From the NCBI GenBank assembly GCA_016719885.1, contig JADJYF010000008.1, positions 162,200-226,199 on the forward strand: a stretch of DNA of 64,000 nt. Reading direction: 5' to 3'. How positions within the stretch are numbered: the stretch's first letter is position 1; each line of letters begins with the position of its first letter. This DNA comes from Pseudomonadota bacterium. GTDB taxonomy: Bacteria; Pseudomonadota; Gammaproteobacteria; Ga0077536. Below, one piece after another: positions 41,402 to 50,762 of this stretch. The translations under genes and the position numbers were made by a program. Below the pieces are notes generated by a model that did no database searches, had not been told where the DNA came from, and worked only from the letters and a program-made list of their open reading frames with translations.

Positions 41402-42939
41402 TGCAGCACCACCACCGGCCCTTGCGAGGGCATGTCCTTCACCGGATCGCTGATGCAGAACTGCTGGCGGCGGATGTCGTCCAGCGTCCAGCGCCTGTCG
41501 GCATGCAGATGGGGCTGCGCCAGCAGGGTCTTGCCGTCGTTGCGGACGAGACCGCATTTCTCGATGAATTCGGCCAGCGAATAGCCATCGAAATGTTCGT
41601 CCCAGGTACGGCTTTGCGCATAGCGATGGGGCTCGAAAGCGAACGTGCGCTCACAGCCGTCGGAGCAGAACGCGTGCTTGCGTCCGCCGAAATCCTTGAT
41701 GCGCGCGGTGCTGATGTCGGGGCGCGGAAACACGCACGGCATGTGACACACGCGGCACAGCGGCGGCATGCTCGCGAACAGCGACAAGGGGATCTGGCCG
41801 TTGGCCGGATCGCTCATCTCGGCATAGGCCTCCCAGAACTTGCCGTAGCGGTCGTACCAGCCGGGATACTTCAATTCGAACCAGTCGAAGTCGCGCGCGT
41901 TCAGGGGATCGATGCGGATGAACTGCATCGGCCAGGTGGCGGCCAGCATCATCATGGCGGTGTGGCCCACCCACTTCACGCGCTCCTTGGCTTCCGCCCA
42001 GCCGCGCGGCAGCGCAACGCCGAAAGGTTCCAGGCGCTCGATATAACCGCCGCCCCAGTCGTTGCCCACCCACTCGGTCCAGGCTTCGAGGTAGGAGCCG
42101 CCGCGGTTTTCCTGGAAGTAGTCGTAGACCGCCGACACGAAGGTGTCGAGGAAGGTATGTTGCCGCCAGAACGCCGCGTCGAAATCACGCTGCAGCCGCG
42201 GCAGGTTGTCCGGCACCGAGGCAATCGCCGCCAGTGTCGAATAGCCATTGGCCATGTGCCGCGCCTCGTCCGACTGCACCGACAGGAAGGTGGTGGGCGT
42301 GGCCTGGTCGCCGTTGGCGGCCGCCACTTCCGTCAGGGTCACGAACAAGGGATTGGTATAGGCGGTTTCGGCCACCACCTGCAGGTTCAGGGCGCCTTCT
42401 ATCGGGTTGCCAGCGAAGAAACCGTCGAAGGCCGCGCGGCTCGCGCGCATCAGGAAATTGGTGTTGCGCAGCTTGAAACCGCGCTCGAAGCCTTCGGCGT
42501 CAACCGCGTGCTTGGCGAGATAGCGCACCAGGTGCGCTTCCTGGTTCACATGCCGCACTTCGTCGATCATCTGCGCGAGATAGCCCTGGCGGAGTTCCGC
42601 GTTGTCGACCGCGTCGACCAATTGGCCGGTGCACTTCATGGCCGCGTATTCCGCGTAGCAGGTCAGCGGCAGGGCAATCTTCAACACTTCGGTCCAGCGC
42701 TCGGAGGCCTTGGCCGGCATCTTGGCGCGCGCCATCACGTCGCTCATGGCGCCGTACTGGCGGTCGTCCTTGTCACGCTCCATGGAGCAGTAATCGCGCA
42801 CCAGGTGTCGGAAAGGATCGCTGGTCTTTGTAGGAATCTTGTACGGCATGTCGTAGCGCGATGCCGGTGCTTGGTAGGAAGCCTGCCAGTCGAAGTCCTT
42901 GACGCGGTCGTGGGCCTTGACGAAATCAGCGCTCTTCAT
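41398..42939 (-). CDS. Soluble di-iron monooxygenase hydroxylase alpha (large) subunit, PrmA/ThmA-like
   Basis: Di-iron ligand motifs QMIDEVRH and VQSDEARH; VVAETAYTNPLFV; FDWFELKYPGWYDRYGKFWE; Cys-rich C-terminal CRVCHMPC...FCSDGCERTF. Confidence 0.9.
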   Translation of the reverse strand: MKSADFVKAHDRVKDFDWQASYQAPASRYDMPYKIPTKTSDPFRHLVRDYCSMERDKDDRQYGAMSDVMARAKMPAKASERWTEVLKIALPLTCYAEYAAMKCTGQLVDAVDNAELRQGYLAQMIDEVRHVNQEAHLVRYLAKHAVDAEGFERGFKLRNTNFLMRASRAAFDGFFAGNPIEGALNLQVVAETAYTNPLFVTLTEVAAANGDQATPTTFLSVQSDEARHMANGYSTLAAIASVPDNLPRLQRDFDAAFWRQHTFLDTFVSAVYDYFQENRGGSYLEAWTEWVGNDWGGGYIERLEPFGVALPRGWAEAKERVKWVGHTAMMMLAATWPMQFIRIDPLNARDFDWFELKYPGWYDRYGKFWEAYAEMSDPANGQIPLSLFASMPPLCRVCHMPCVFPRPDISTARIKDFGGRKHAFCSDGCERTFAFEPHRYAQSRTWDEHFDGYSLAEFIEKCGLVRNDGKTLLAQPHLHADRRWTLDDIRRQQFCISDPVKDMPSQGPVVVLQ

Positions 42940-43041
42940 GTCTTCCTCCCCAGGAAATGATTACCGCGAAATGTGTAGGGCAAAGGTAACCGACCGGCGC
43001 TCCGCCGCCCAGCGTTTTTCCGTGCTGCATTGCGGCCCCCT

Positions 43042-43941
43042 TTATTCCCGCTTGGCCTCCATGGCGCGGATCAGCGCGCGCGCTTCGTCACCCTCGGGAA
43101 TCGGACGCCCCGAGTCGCGCCATTCGACCGCCGCCTTGAAACCTTCGCTCTGCGCATAGCGGCGGAACCACAGGCCTTCCGGGTTGTGGCGGGTGATACC
43201 GTCGAACACCGTGGCCAGGCTCTGGCTCTGCTCGAGGCCCATGGTGAGCAGCATCTGGTTGACCACCAGCTTGTGCATGGCGAGATGGCCGGCCGGCACG
43301 CCCGCGATACGCATCGCGAGCCGCAGCGTGGCGCTTTCGAGCTCGGCGGCCGGCACCGCGAGATTGGCCAGTCCCCAGGCCTCGGCGCGGCGTCCGTCGA
43401 TGGTGTCGCCGGTGAACATCATCTGCTTGGCGCGCGCGGCGCCGACGCGATAGGCCCACATGGCGGTGGTCGGGCAACCCCACACCCGCGTCGGCATGTA
43501 GCCGATGCGCGCGTCCTCGGCCATCACCAACAGGTCGCAGCACAGGGCGATGTCGCTGCCGCCCGCCACCGCGTGGCCATGCACCTTGGCGATGGTCGGC
43601 TTGGGACTCTTCCACAGCGTCATGAAGTCGTCGGTGTTGCGCTTCATGTAGCCGTAGTCCTGCATCGGGTCCCAGGGATGGGCTTCCTGCTTGCACGGAT
43701 GCTCGCCCGCGCTCTCACCGAACAGTTCGAGGTCATAGCCACCGCAGAAACCCTTGCCCGCGCCTTCCACCACGATCACGTGCACCGCCTCGACGCCGTT
43801 GGCCCATTCGACCGCCTGGCGAATTTCGCGCGGGGTGTGGTCGTTGATGGCGTTGTAGCGCTCGGGACGGTTCAGGAGCAGGCGCGCGATGCGCGGCTGT
43901 TGCGGGTCCTGGGCGATACGCAGGGTACTGAGTTCGAGCAT
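43042..43941 (-). CDS. Enoyl-CoA hydratase/isomerase (crotonase) family protein
   Basis: [12 protein letters not shown] and [10 protein letters not shown] oxyanion-hole regions; AGGAGG SD before ATG 43941. The rest of the 779-aa track ORF is antisense shadow. Confidence 0.85.
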   Translation of the reverse strand: MLELSTLRIAQDPQQPRIARLLLNRPERYNAINDHTPREIRQAVEWANGVEAVHVIVVEGAGKGFCGGYDLELFGESAGEHPCKQEAHPWDPMQDYGYMKRNTDDFMTLWKSPKPTIAKVHGHAVAGGSDIALCCDLLVMAEDARIGYMPTRVWGCPTTAMWAYRVGAARAKQMMFTGDTIDGRRAEAWGLANLAVPAAELESATLRLAMRIAGVPAGHLAMHKLVVNQMLLTMGLEQSQSLATVFDGITRHNPEGLWFRRYAQSEGFKAAVEWRDSGRPIPEGDEARALIRAMEAKRE

Positions 43942-43968
43942 GGGAGGCCTCCTGGATAGGTGAAGGAT

Positions 43969-44047
43969 TGTAGGTGCGAATTCATTCGCACATTCAAGCC
44001 AAGGCCGTGCCGCGGTGATCGGCATGAATGTCAGGCTGAAGCCTGAC
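43969..44047. repeat. REP-B (43969-43993, inverted) and REP-A core (44030-44047, inverted)
   Basis: TGTAGGTGCGAATTCATTCGCACAT and GTCAGGCTGAAGCCTGAC read directly. Confidence 0.9.
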
Positions 44048-44157
44048 ATTTGATGGGTCGAACGAGTTCGCGAGTACAGGGCCCAGCCTTTATCATGCCG
44101 CCACCGCCGCCGCGACCCGCGCGGCCCCGGCGTGACACGAATCCAGCGGAGCAAACC

Positions 44158-45315
44158 ATGAAACTCGAAGGTATACGCGTGCTCGACCTGTCGCTCTTCC
44201 TGCCCGGCCCGGTGCTGACGCAGATGATGGCCGACCACGGCGCGGAAGTGATCAAGCTCGAACCCATCGGCGGCGGCGAACCGAACCGCGAGATCGGCCC
44301 CAAGCGCGACGGCATGACGGTCTATTTCGCCAACACCCACCGCAACAAGAAAAGCATCCAGCTGAATCTCAAGACCGAGCAAGGGCGCGCCATCGCGCTG
44401 GACCTCGCCGCCCGTTGCGACGTCATGATCGAAGCATTCAGGCCCGGCGTCGCCGCGCGTCTCGGCGTCGGCTACGAGGCGGTGCGCGCACGTAATCCCG
44501 GCATCGTCTATTGCTCGATGTCGGCCTGGGGCCAGGACGGCCCGTACGTGCACCGGCCCGCGCACGACTTGACCTGCGAAGCCATCGCCGGCGTGCTCAG
44601 CATCAACCTCGGCCCCGATCGCCGCCCCGCCATTCCGGGCGTGGCCGGCGCCGACATGTTGTCGTCGATGATGAGTTTGTCGGCGATCCTGATGGCGCTG
44701 TTGCGTCGCAAGGACACCGGTCAAGGCGACTACATCGACGTTGCCATGGCCGACAGTCTCATCGCCGCGCTCGCCAACAACTTCGGCACCACCTTCGCCA
44801 ACAAACAACCGCCGGACCTCGGCAGCGAACGCGCGCTCGGCGGCTACGCGATGTACGGCATCTACGAAACCAGCGACGGGCGTCACGTGGTGCTGGGCGG
44901 CTCGGAATACCATTTCGCCGAGGCGGTGCTGAACAAGCTCGGTCGCCCCGATCTGCTCGATGCCTGCAAGACCCCGCCCGGCCCCGGCCAGAACCCCGCC
45001 AAGGAGTTCCTGCGCGAGACCTTCCGCAGCCACACCATGGCGCACTGGGAAAAGGAATTCGCCAACGTCGACGCCGCGTTTGCCGGCGTGAAGAACCTGC
45101 GCGAGGCCTGCGACGACGTACAGATCCGCCATCGCCAGATGATCGTCGAGGACGAGCGCGGCTGGGAACACGTCGGCCTGCCGATGAAGTTCAAGCACGA
45201 ACCGGGGCAATTGAAATTCCAATTCGCCAAGCTCGGTGAACACACCGAACAAGTGCTGGAAAGTCTCGGGCATGACGGCGCGGCGCGGGCGGCATTGAAG
45301 GCGGCGGGGGTCTAG
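44158..45315 (+). CDS. Family III CoA-transferase (CaiB/BaiF)
   Basis: [18 protein letters not shown]...[12 protein letters not shown]...VMIEAFRPG family hallmarks. Confidence 0.88.
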   Translation: MKLEGIRVLDLSLFLPGPVLTQMMADHGAEVIKLEPIGGGEPNREIGPKRDGMTVYFANTHRNKKSIQLNLKTEQGRAIALDLAARCDVMIEAFRPGVAARLGVGYEAVRARNPGIVYCSMSAWGQDGPYVHRPAHDLTCEAIAGVLSINLGPDRRPAIPGVAGADMLSSMMSLSAILMALLRRKDTGQGDYIDVAMADSLIAALANNFGTTFANKQPPDLGSERALGGYAMYGIYETSDGRHVVLGGSEYHFAEAVLNKLGRPDLLDACKTPPGPGQNPAKEFLRETFRSHTMAHWEKEFANVDAAFAGVKNLREACDDVQIRHRQMIVEDERGWEHVGLPMKFKHEPGQLKFQFAKLGEHTEQVLESLGHDGAARAALKAAGV

Positions 45316-45343
45316 GCCTGAGGAATTCGTCAGGCGTAGTGTT

Positions 45344-45425
45344 TGCGAATTCAGTCTGACCCACAATGAATAGCGCGGCAAGGCGCTGGTATTGGCGATC
45401 GAATGTGCGAATGAATTCGCACCCA
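45344..45425. repeat. Chimeric REP remnant (45344-45366) and REP-B (45402-45425)
   Basis: TGCGAATTCAGTCTGACCCACAA and AATGTGCGAATGAATTCGCACCCA read directly. Confidence 0.85.
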
Positions 45426-45447
45426 GCGACTACGATCGGGAACACCC

Positions 45448-46142
45448 ATGAGCCGCATGCGCTTCGGTGCCTTCATCCCACCCCACCACCCGCCGACCCA
45501 TTACAACCCGACCTACGCCTTGCAGCGCGATGTCGAAATCGTGCAGCTGTTGGACAGCATCGGCCCTCAGCCGACTACAGCATCCCAAGTGGCGGCGGGG
45601 CGGTGAACTCACCGGGCCACGTCAAGCGCCACCCGCCGCGCGCGGGCGACCCGCGACCGCTCGCGGGTCGGTCTGATCTCGCCGATACGCGCGAGCAGGC
45701 GCTGGCCGACGTGCGGCACGGCATCCGCGAGTTCTGCGACTACCTGCAACACACCGCCGCCGCGCCGCAGATGCAGGTCACCGGTAGCACCATCGATGAA
45801 TACATAGCGTGGGCGCTGGGCACCGGCTCAACGGTGATCGGCACCTGGCAGGATGCCATCGCGCACATCGAGAACCTGCTGGCGCAGTCCAACGGCGGCT
45901 TCGGCTGTTATCTCCTGTTCGATCACAACTGGGCGCCGTTCGCCGCCAAGAAACGTCACTACGAGATCTTCGGCGATTTCGTCATCCCGCACTTCAAGGG
46001 CACCCATCGCCGCATGCAAGACAGTGAGGCGGCGCTGCGCGCGGTGCGCGATCCGCTGGCGGCCGAGCAGTTGCAGGCGATTGCCGCGTTCCGCGCGCGG
46101 CACGAGGCCCAAAACGCGAAGAAGACCGGGAAAGACGGCTAG
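45448..46142 (+). pseudogene. Luciferase-like monooxygenase (LLM) remnant with large internal deletion
   Basis: ATG 45448 opens MSRMRFGAFIPPHHPPTHYNPTYALQRDVEIVQLLDSIG (typical LLM N-terminus), then hits a stop. A different frame from ~45680 encodes a typical LLM C-terminus (TREQALADVRHGIREFCDY...VIGTWQDAIAHIENLLAQSNGGFGCYLLF). The ~180-aa TIM-barrel core is absent. Confidence 0.7.
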
Positions 46143-46939
46143 GTCATCGCCCCGCAAGCGTCGCGACGGCGGCGGCGCATGAAGGCGGCGGCCGCCAGCG
46201 CGCTGCCGAGCAGCGGCAAGGCACCCGGCACCGGCACGCTGGTCAAGGTTGAAATCTGCGGCGCGGTATCGATGTGCACGCGGTCGACCTGCATGCTGCC
46301 GACGCCGGTCTGGGTGGGGCCGCTGCCATCACCGATCACCAGCAGTTGCTGGGTGCCGCTCAGGAACGCCTGGCCGCTGTAGGCCAACACCCCATCGATG
46401 GCGTAGCTGACCATGCCGTTCTTGAGCAGGACTTCCATGCGATGAAAACCATCGCTGAGATCCATGGGCAGGAACCCGTTCGCCGCCACGTTACCGGGTT
46501 CGGCATGGAGATAGGAAACGCCAAAGCTGGTCGGCAGGTTGTAGGCACCGGCGGGATTGAAAGTCAGGGAGCCGGCGTAGCCGCTGCCATCGTGAACATA
46601 CAGCGACCAGTCTTCGCTGTTGGCGCCGAGCTTCATGCTGATATCGATGTAGGTGCCCACCGACGAAGAACCGAACACCCAGCCTGGGTTGTGACCGATG
46701 GCCGTGCCGTTGCCGAACCACAGTCCGCGCGACGGGGAGGTTGCCATGTTGAGCACTCCACCACTGACCGCGAACGAAGTCTCGGTGAAGCGCACGCGCG
46801 TCCACGGCGAGATATTGGTGGTGCCGAAACTCGCCGTCATGTTGACCGACATTTCGTCTTCGATGATGAGCGCGTGGCTGGATGGGCTGTGCGCGAAAGA
46901 AATGACAGCAGCGAGCAGGAAAGCGGCCGGGCGGAACAC
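46139..46939 (-). CDS. Secreted protein with PEP-CTERM-like (VPVP) C-terminal sorting signal
   Basis: Signal peptide MFRPAAFLLAAVISFAHS; C-terminal VPVPGALPLLGSALAAAAFMRRRRR. Confidence 0.7.
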   Translation of the reverse strand: MFRPAAFLLAAVISFAHSPSSHALIIEDEMSVNMTASFGTTNISPWTRVRFTETSFAVSGGVLNMATSPSRGLWFGNGTAIGHNPGWVFGSSSVGTYIDISMKLGANSEDWSLYVHDGSGYAGSLTFNPAGAYNLPTSFGVSYLHAEPGNVAANGFLPMDLSDGFHRMEVLLKNGMVSYAIDGVLAYSGQAFLSGTQQLLVIGDGSGPTQTGVGSMQVDRVHIDTAPQISTLTSVPVPGALPLLGSALAAAAFMRRRRRDACGAMT

Positions 46940-47093
46940 GTTTTCAACCTCCGAGGTTCAGGAATGCGTGATTGATGACGGCGGCGTGCGCGTCGATCGT
47001 GAAGGCGATTATAAATAGATGGCTGCGGTGGCAGGCCGACGTGACGATTGTTAACAGCGTCGCGGCAGCCAACCGCCCGAGCACGAATGTCGA

Positions 47094-48041
47094 TCAGTGT
47101 GCGGCGCCCGGATGATCCAGATCCGGTCGCCCATGCGGATCGACATGCGTCATCACGTTCAACACCCGGTGACGACGCATCACGCGATCGCGCGCTTCCA
47201 CGGCGATGTCATGCCCCGCTTCGACGGTGATGCCGCTGTCGATTTCGATGTGCGCGTCGACCACTACCATGTCGCCCATCTTGCGTGTGCGCAGATCGTG
47301 CACGCCGTTGACGCCCGGCGTTTCGAGCAGGGTTTGGCGTATGGCCTCGACTTCTCGTTCATCGACCGCGCGGTCCATGAGATCGTGCAGCGCGTCCCAG
47401 CCGAAGCCCCAGCCCATCTTGGCGATCAGGAAGCCGACGATCAGCGCCGCGATGGGGTCGAGTATCGTGTAGCCGGCGAGGTTGCCGGCAATGCCGAAGC
47501 CGACCACCAGCGACGAGGCCGCATCGGAACGCGCATGCCAGGCATTGGCCACCAGCATGCTCGACTTGACGCGCTTGGCCACCGCCAGCATGTAGCGGAA
47601 CAAGCCTTCCTTGGCCACCAGCGCGGCCGCCGCCACCCACAGCGCGACGGCGTGCACCGATGGCACCGACTCCGGCGCCTGCAGCTTGTGCACCGCTGAC
47701 AGCAGCATGCCGATGCCGACCACCAGCAGCAGCACACCCAGCACCAGCGAGGCGGCGTTCTCGAAACGCTGGTGGCCGTAGGGATGATCGAGGTCGGCGC
47801 CCTTGCGGCTGTGATGACTCGCGACCAGCACCACGAAGTCCGCCACCAGGTCCGACAGCGAATGGATGCCGTCGGCAATCAGGCCCTGGGACTTGGCGAG
47901 CACGCCCACCACCACCTGCACCGTGGCCAGCACCACGTTGACCGCCACGCTGACCCAGGTGCTGCGCAGCGCCGCGGCGCCGCGTTCATCGGCGCTGATC
48001 TGCGTGTCTTCCGGATCGTGGGCGAGGTCGGTGTATTTCAT
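47094..48041 (-). CDS. Cation diffusion facilitator (CDF) family metal efflux transporter
   Basis: HSLSDLVAD and H..D motifs in TM2/TM5; six TM segments plus cytoplasmic C-domain. Confidence 0.88.
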   Translation of the reverse strand: MKYTDLAHDPEDTQISADERGAAALRSTWVSVAVNVVLATVQVVVGVLAKSQGLIADGIHSLSDLVADFVVLVASHHSRKGADLDHPYGHQRFENAASLVLGVLLLVVGIGMLLSAVHKLQAPESVPSVHAVALWVAAAALVAKEGLFRYMLAVAKRVKSSMLVANAWHARSDAASSLVVGFGIAGNLAGYTILDPIAALIVGFLIAKMGWGFGWDALHDLMDRAVDEREVEAIRQTLLETPGVNGVHDLRTRKMGDMVVVDAHIEIDSGITVEAGHDIAVEARDRVMRRHRVLNVMTHVDPHGRPDLDHPGAAH

Positions 48042-48076
48042 GGCGGGCGCGGCAGCTCGGTGCCGAGTTTAATGCA

Positions 48077-48613
48077 TCAGGTGCGCAGCGGCGCGCGGGT
48101 CTCGAGTTCGAGCATGACCAGTGGGATCTCGCGCGTGGTACGGGCCTGGTACTCGACTTGCACCGCTTGCTCGGCCGTCACGCGCCGCCACCAGCGCGCG
48201 CGTTCCTCGCCAGCCAACGGGCGCGCCACGGCGCGAGTGCGGAACGCACCGATTTCGACTTCGCAGTCCGGCGCCGCGAGCAGGTTCAAATACCAGACCG
48301 GATGCTGCGGCAGCCCGCCCTTGGACGCGACGATCACTATCTCGTCGCCGTGCCGGTAGTACTGCAGGATGGAATTCAACTTGCGCCCGGATTTGCGGCC
48401 GAGGTGGTGCAGCAGCAGGCACCGTACCGGACCGCCGGGCACGCCGATGACAATCGGGTCCCAAAGATGGGCCGCCTCCGGGTCACGCGCATAGAGGGCG
48501 TGATGGGCGGCGATTTCACGCCGCACGGCGTCCGGCAGCCGGGCCGCGCCGCTCTCGATTCGATGTTGGTCTGCGCTCACGGCGGGTCCTCGAATGACGG
48601 CTGGATGGTGCAA
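48077..48613 (-). CDS. DUF385 / deazaflavin-dependent nitroreductase-family protein
   Basis: HLGRKSGRKLNSILQYYRHGDEIVIVASKGG...HPVWYLNL...R.IP split-barrel family pattern. Confidence 0.7.
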   Translation of the reverse strand: MHHPAVIRGPAVSADQHRIESGAARLPDAVRREIAAHHALYARDPEAAHLWDPIVIGVPGGPVRCLLLHHLGRKSGRKLNSILQYYRHGDEIVIVASKGGLPQHPVWYLNLLAAPDCEVEIGAFRTRAVARPLAGEERARWWRRVTAEQAVQVEYQARTTREIPLVMLELETRAPLRT

Positions 48614-48682
48614 TGCCGGGCCATGCTACCACTCACCTTCCGTGGCATTGCCAGGGCGTCGGCGCTTGGCCATCATCCGGGC

Positions 48683-49714
48683 ATGAACACTCATCATGGT
48701 CGCGCCCGTCGCCTGGGCCTCATGCTGTGGCCGGCGCCCGGTCTCGGCGCCGGCTTCGAACGCGGCCGCTGGGCCGCGAGCCACGGCTACGACGACCTGT
48801 GGCTGGCCGACGCCGAAGGTCTCGAAGATCCGCTGACCTTGGCGGCGGCCCTGGGCGTGACCTGCGACAAGGTGCGCCTCGCGACCGGCATCGTTCCGGT
48901 GTTCAACCGCCCGCCGGCCCTGCTCGCGACCGCGGTGGTGGCGGCCGAGGCGCGCGCGCCGGGACGCCTGGTGCTGGGTCTCGGCGCCTCGACACCGAAC
49001 ATGATTGAACGCTGGTACGGCCTGCCCTACGCCAAGCCGCTGACCCGCGTGCGTGAGACCATCGCCCTGCTGCGCCAGATCCTGAACGGCGAGAAGACCG
49101 CCTTCGATGGCGCAACGCTGCGCAGTCACGGTTTTCAATTGAAATCGCTGCCCACGCAGCCGGTGCCGATCGTGCTCGGCGCCATCGGCGGCAAGATGCT
49201 GGAACTCGCCGGTGAAGTGGCCGACGGCGTGCTGCTCAACGATTTCACACCACCGGACCGTCTCGCCTACGCGCTGGAACGTCTCGATGTCGGCGCCAAG
49301 CGTGGCGGTCGGCGCGTGGAAGATCTCGAGATCATCAAGCGTCGCGCGCTGTACCTGACCGACGATGCCGCCGGCGGCATGGAATATTTCCGCCAGCACC
49401 TCGCGTTCTACGCGTCCGCCGCGCAATACCAGAACGTCATGATTGAACTCGGCTACGGCCACGCCGTCGAGGAAGCGCGCGCCGGCTATGCGACACGCGA
49501 TCGGCGCCGCATCACCGCCGCCATCAGCGACGACATCGTCGAGCGCATCTTCAGCTTCGGCAACGAGGCGCGTTGCCGCGCGTTGGTGGCGGCCGACTAC
49601 GCGGCCGGCGTCGATACCGTCATCATCAGTCCCCAGGGCGGCACCATGGAGAGCTTCGCGCGCGGCGCCGAGGCCTTCCTGCCATCGGTGTTCGACCGCC
49701 ACGCGCGCGCGTGA
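48683..49714 (+). CDS. LLM-class (luciferase-like) flavin/F420-dependent oxidoreductase
   Basis: LGLMLWP...GYDDLWLADAEG...RLATGIVPVFNRPP...LGLGAS TIM-barrel LLM pattern; start at MNTHHG (48683). Confidence 0.8.
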   Translation: MNTHHGRARRLGLMLWPAPGLGAGFERGRWAASHGYDDLWLADAEGLEDPLTLAAALGVTCDKVRLATGIVPVFNRPPALLATAVVAAEARAPGRLVLGLGASTPNMIERWYGLPYAKPLTRVRETIALLRQILNGEKTAFDGATLRSHGFQLKSLPTQPVPIVLGAIGGKMLELAGEVADGVLLNDFTPPDRLAYALERLDVGAKRGGRRVEDLEIIKRRALYLTDDAAGGMEYFRQHLAFYASAAQYQNVMIELGYGHAVEEARAGYATRDRRRITAAISDDIVERIFSFGNEARCRALVAADYAAGVDTVIISPQGGTMESFARGAEAFLPSVFDRHARA

Positions 49715-49718
49715 TGCC

Positions 49719-50624
49719 TCACGCCGATTTCGGCGAGGGATAGGCGTTGCGCGGATTGGGCTTGTCGTCCGCCGTGCCCTGCGAGTAATCGCCGAACAGG
49801 CGATCGCGCTCGGCGACCGCCGCCGGCACGCCGGCCTTCTCCGCGTAGTCGATGAACGCCAGCGCCTCGGGTGTATTGCGCATCAGGCCATCGAGCACTG
49901 AGCCCAACAGCTGCGTCGAGCGCAGGCCCATGTTCTCGTAGGCCTGGTTGACCACCAGCTTCATGGCGGCGAGCTGCGACAGCGGTATCGACGTCAGCTC
50001 GCGCGCGAGCTTGTAGGCCTCGCCTTCCAGTTGCTCGAAGGGCACGGCGCGATTGACCAAGCCACATTGCACCGCCTCGGTGCCCGACAGCGGCCGCCCG
50101 GTCAGCGCCAGTTCCTTGGCCTTGGCGAGGCCCAGGCGGTGCACCCACATGCCGGCGTGATGACAGCCCCACATGCGCGAATACGGCGTGCCGATGCGCG
50201 CGTCCTCGCTCATCAGCACGATGTCCGCGCACAAAGCCATTTCACTGCCACCGCCCAGCGCCCAACCGTGCACCATGGCGATGACGGGCTTGGGGCTGTG
50301 CCACAGGCTCATGAATTTCGGCACCCAGCCGGTGACCGGTGAACAGGTGGCGATGAAATCCTTGCCGGCGTCCCAGGCGCCGCCGGTATTGATGGTGTCG
50401 TCCCAGTGATGGAAGCCGCCGCTGAAATTGAAGCCCGCGCAGAACGCACGGCCGGCGCCGCGCAGCACGATGACCTTGACCTTGGCATCGCGCACCGCGC
50501 ATGCCACCGCCGCCTCGAGTTCATCGGTCATGGGCGGCACGATGGTGTTCAGGTCGTCGGGCCGGTTCAAGGTGATGGTCGCAATCGCGTCTTCGACGCC
50601 GTAGACCAGGGTTTGGTAGGACAT
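49719..50624 (-). CDS. Enoyl-CoA hydratase/isomerase (crotonase) family protein, paralogue of 43042..43941
   Basis: RGAGRAFCAGFN and HGWALGGGSE; collinear similarity to the other crotonase including the insertion before the xxLWxSPKP block. Confidence 0.85.
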   Translation of the reverse strand: MSYQTLVYGVEDAIATITLNRPDDLNTIVPPMTDELEAAVACAVRDAKVKVIVLRGAGRAFCAGFNFSGGFHHWDDTINTGGAWDAGKDFIATCSPVTGWVPKFMSLWHSPKPVIAMVHGWALGGGSEMALCADIVLMSEDARIGTPYSRMWGCHHAGMWVHRLGLAKAKELALTGRPLSGTEAVQCGLVNRAVPFEQLEGEAYKLARELTSIPLSQLAAMKLVVNQAYENMGLRSTQLLGSVLDGLMRNTPEALAFIDYAEKAGVPAAVAERDRLFGDYSQGTADDKPNPRNAYPSPKSA

Positions 50625-50762
50625 GGTCGGCACTCCCCGTGCGGGCGATGGGTAATCAGTGGGGCGATTATAAAGACCGGCACGCGACAACGACGACTTG
50701 CGTACGCCCATCGCGGCGTCGTTCAAGCTAGACTGCGCCCATCCAAATCACCGCGTGAACCC

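Noticed and set aside
42940-43041. Possible sigma-54 (-24/-12) promoter upstream of the monooxygenase alpha subunit (GGTTACCTTTGC on the coding strand).
   Set aside because: The GG-to-GC spacing is two nucleotides too short relative to the TGGCAC-N5-TTGC consensus, and no enhancer-binding regulator gene is nearby.
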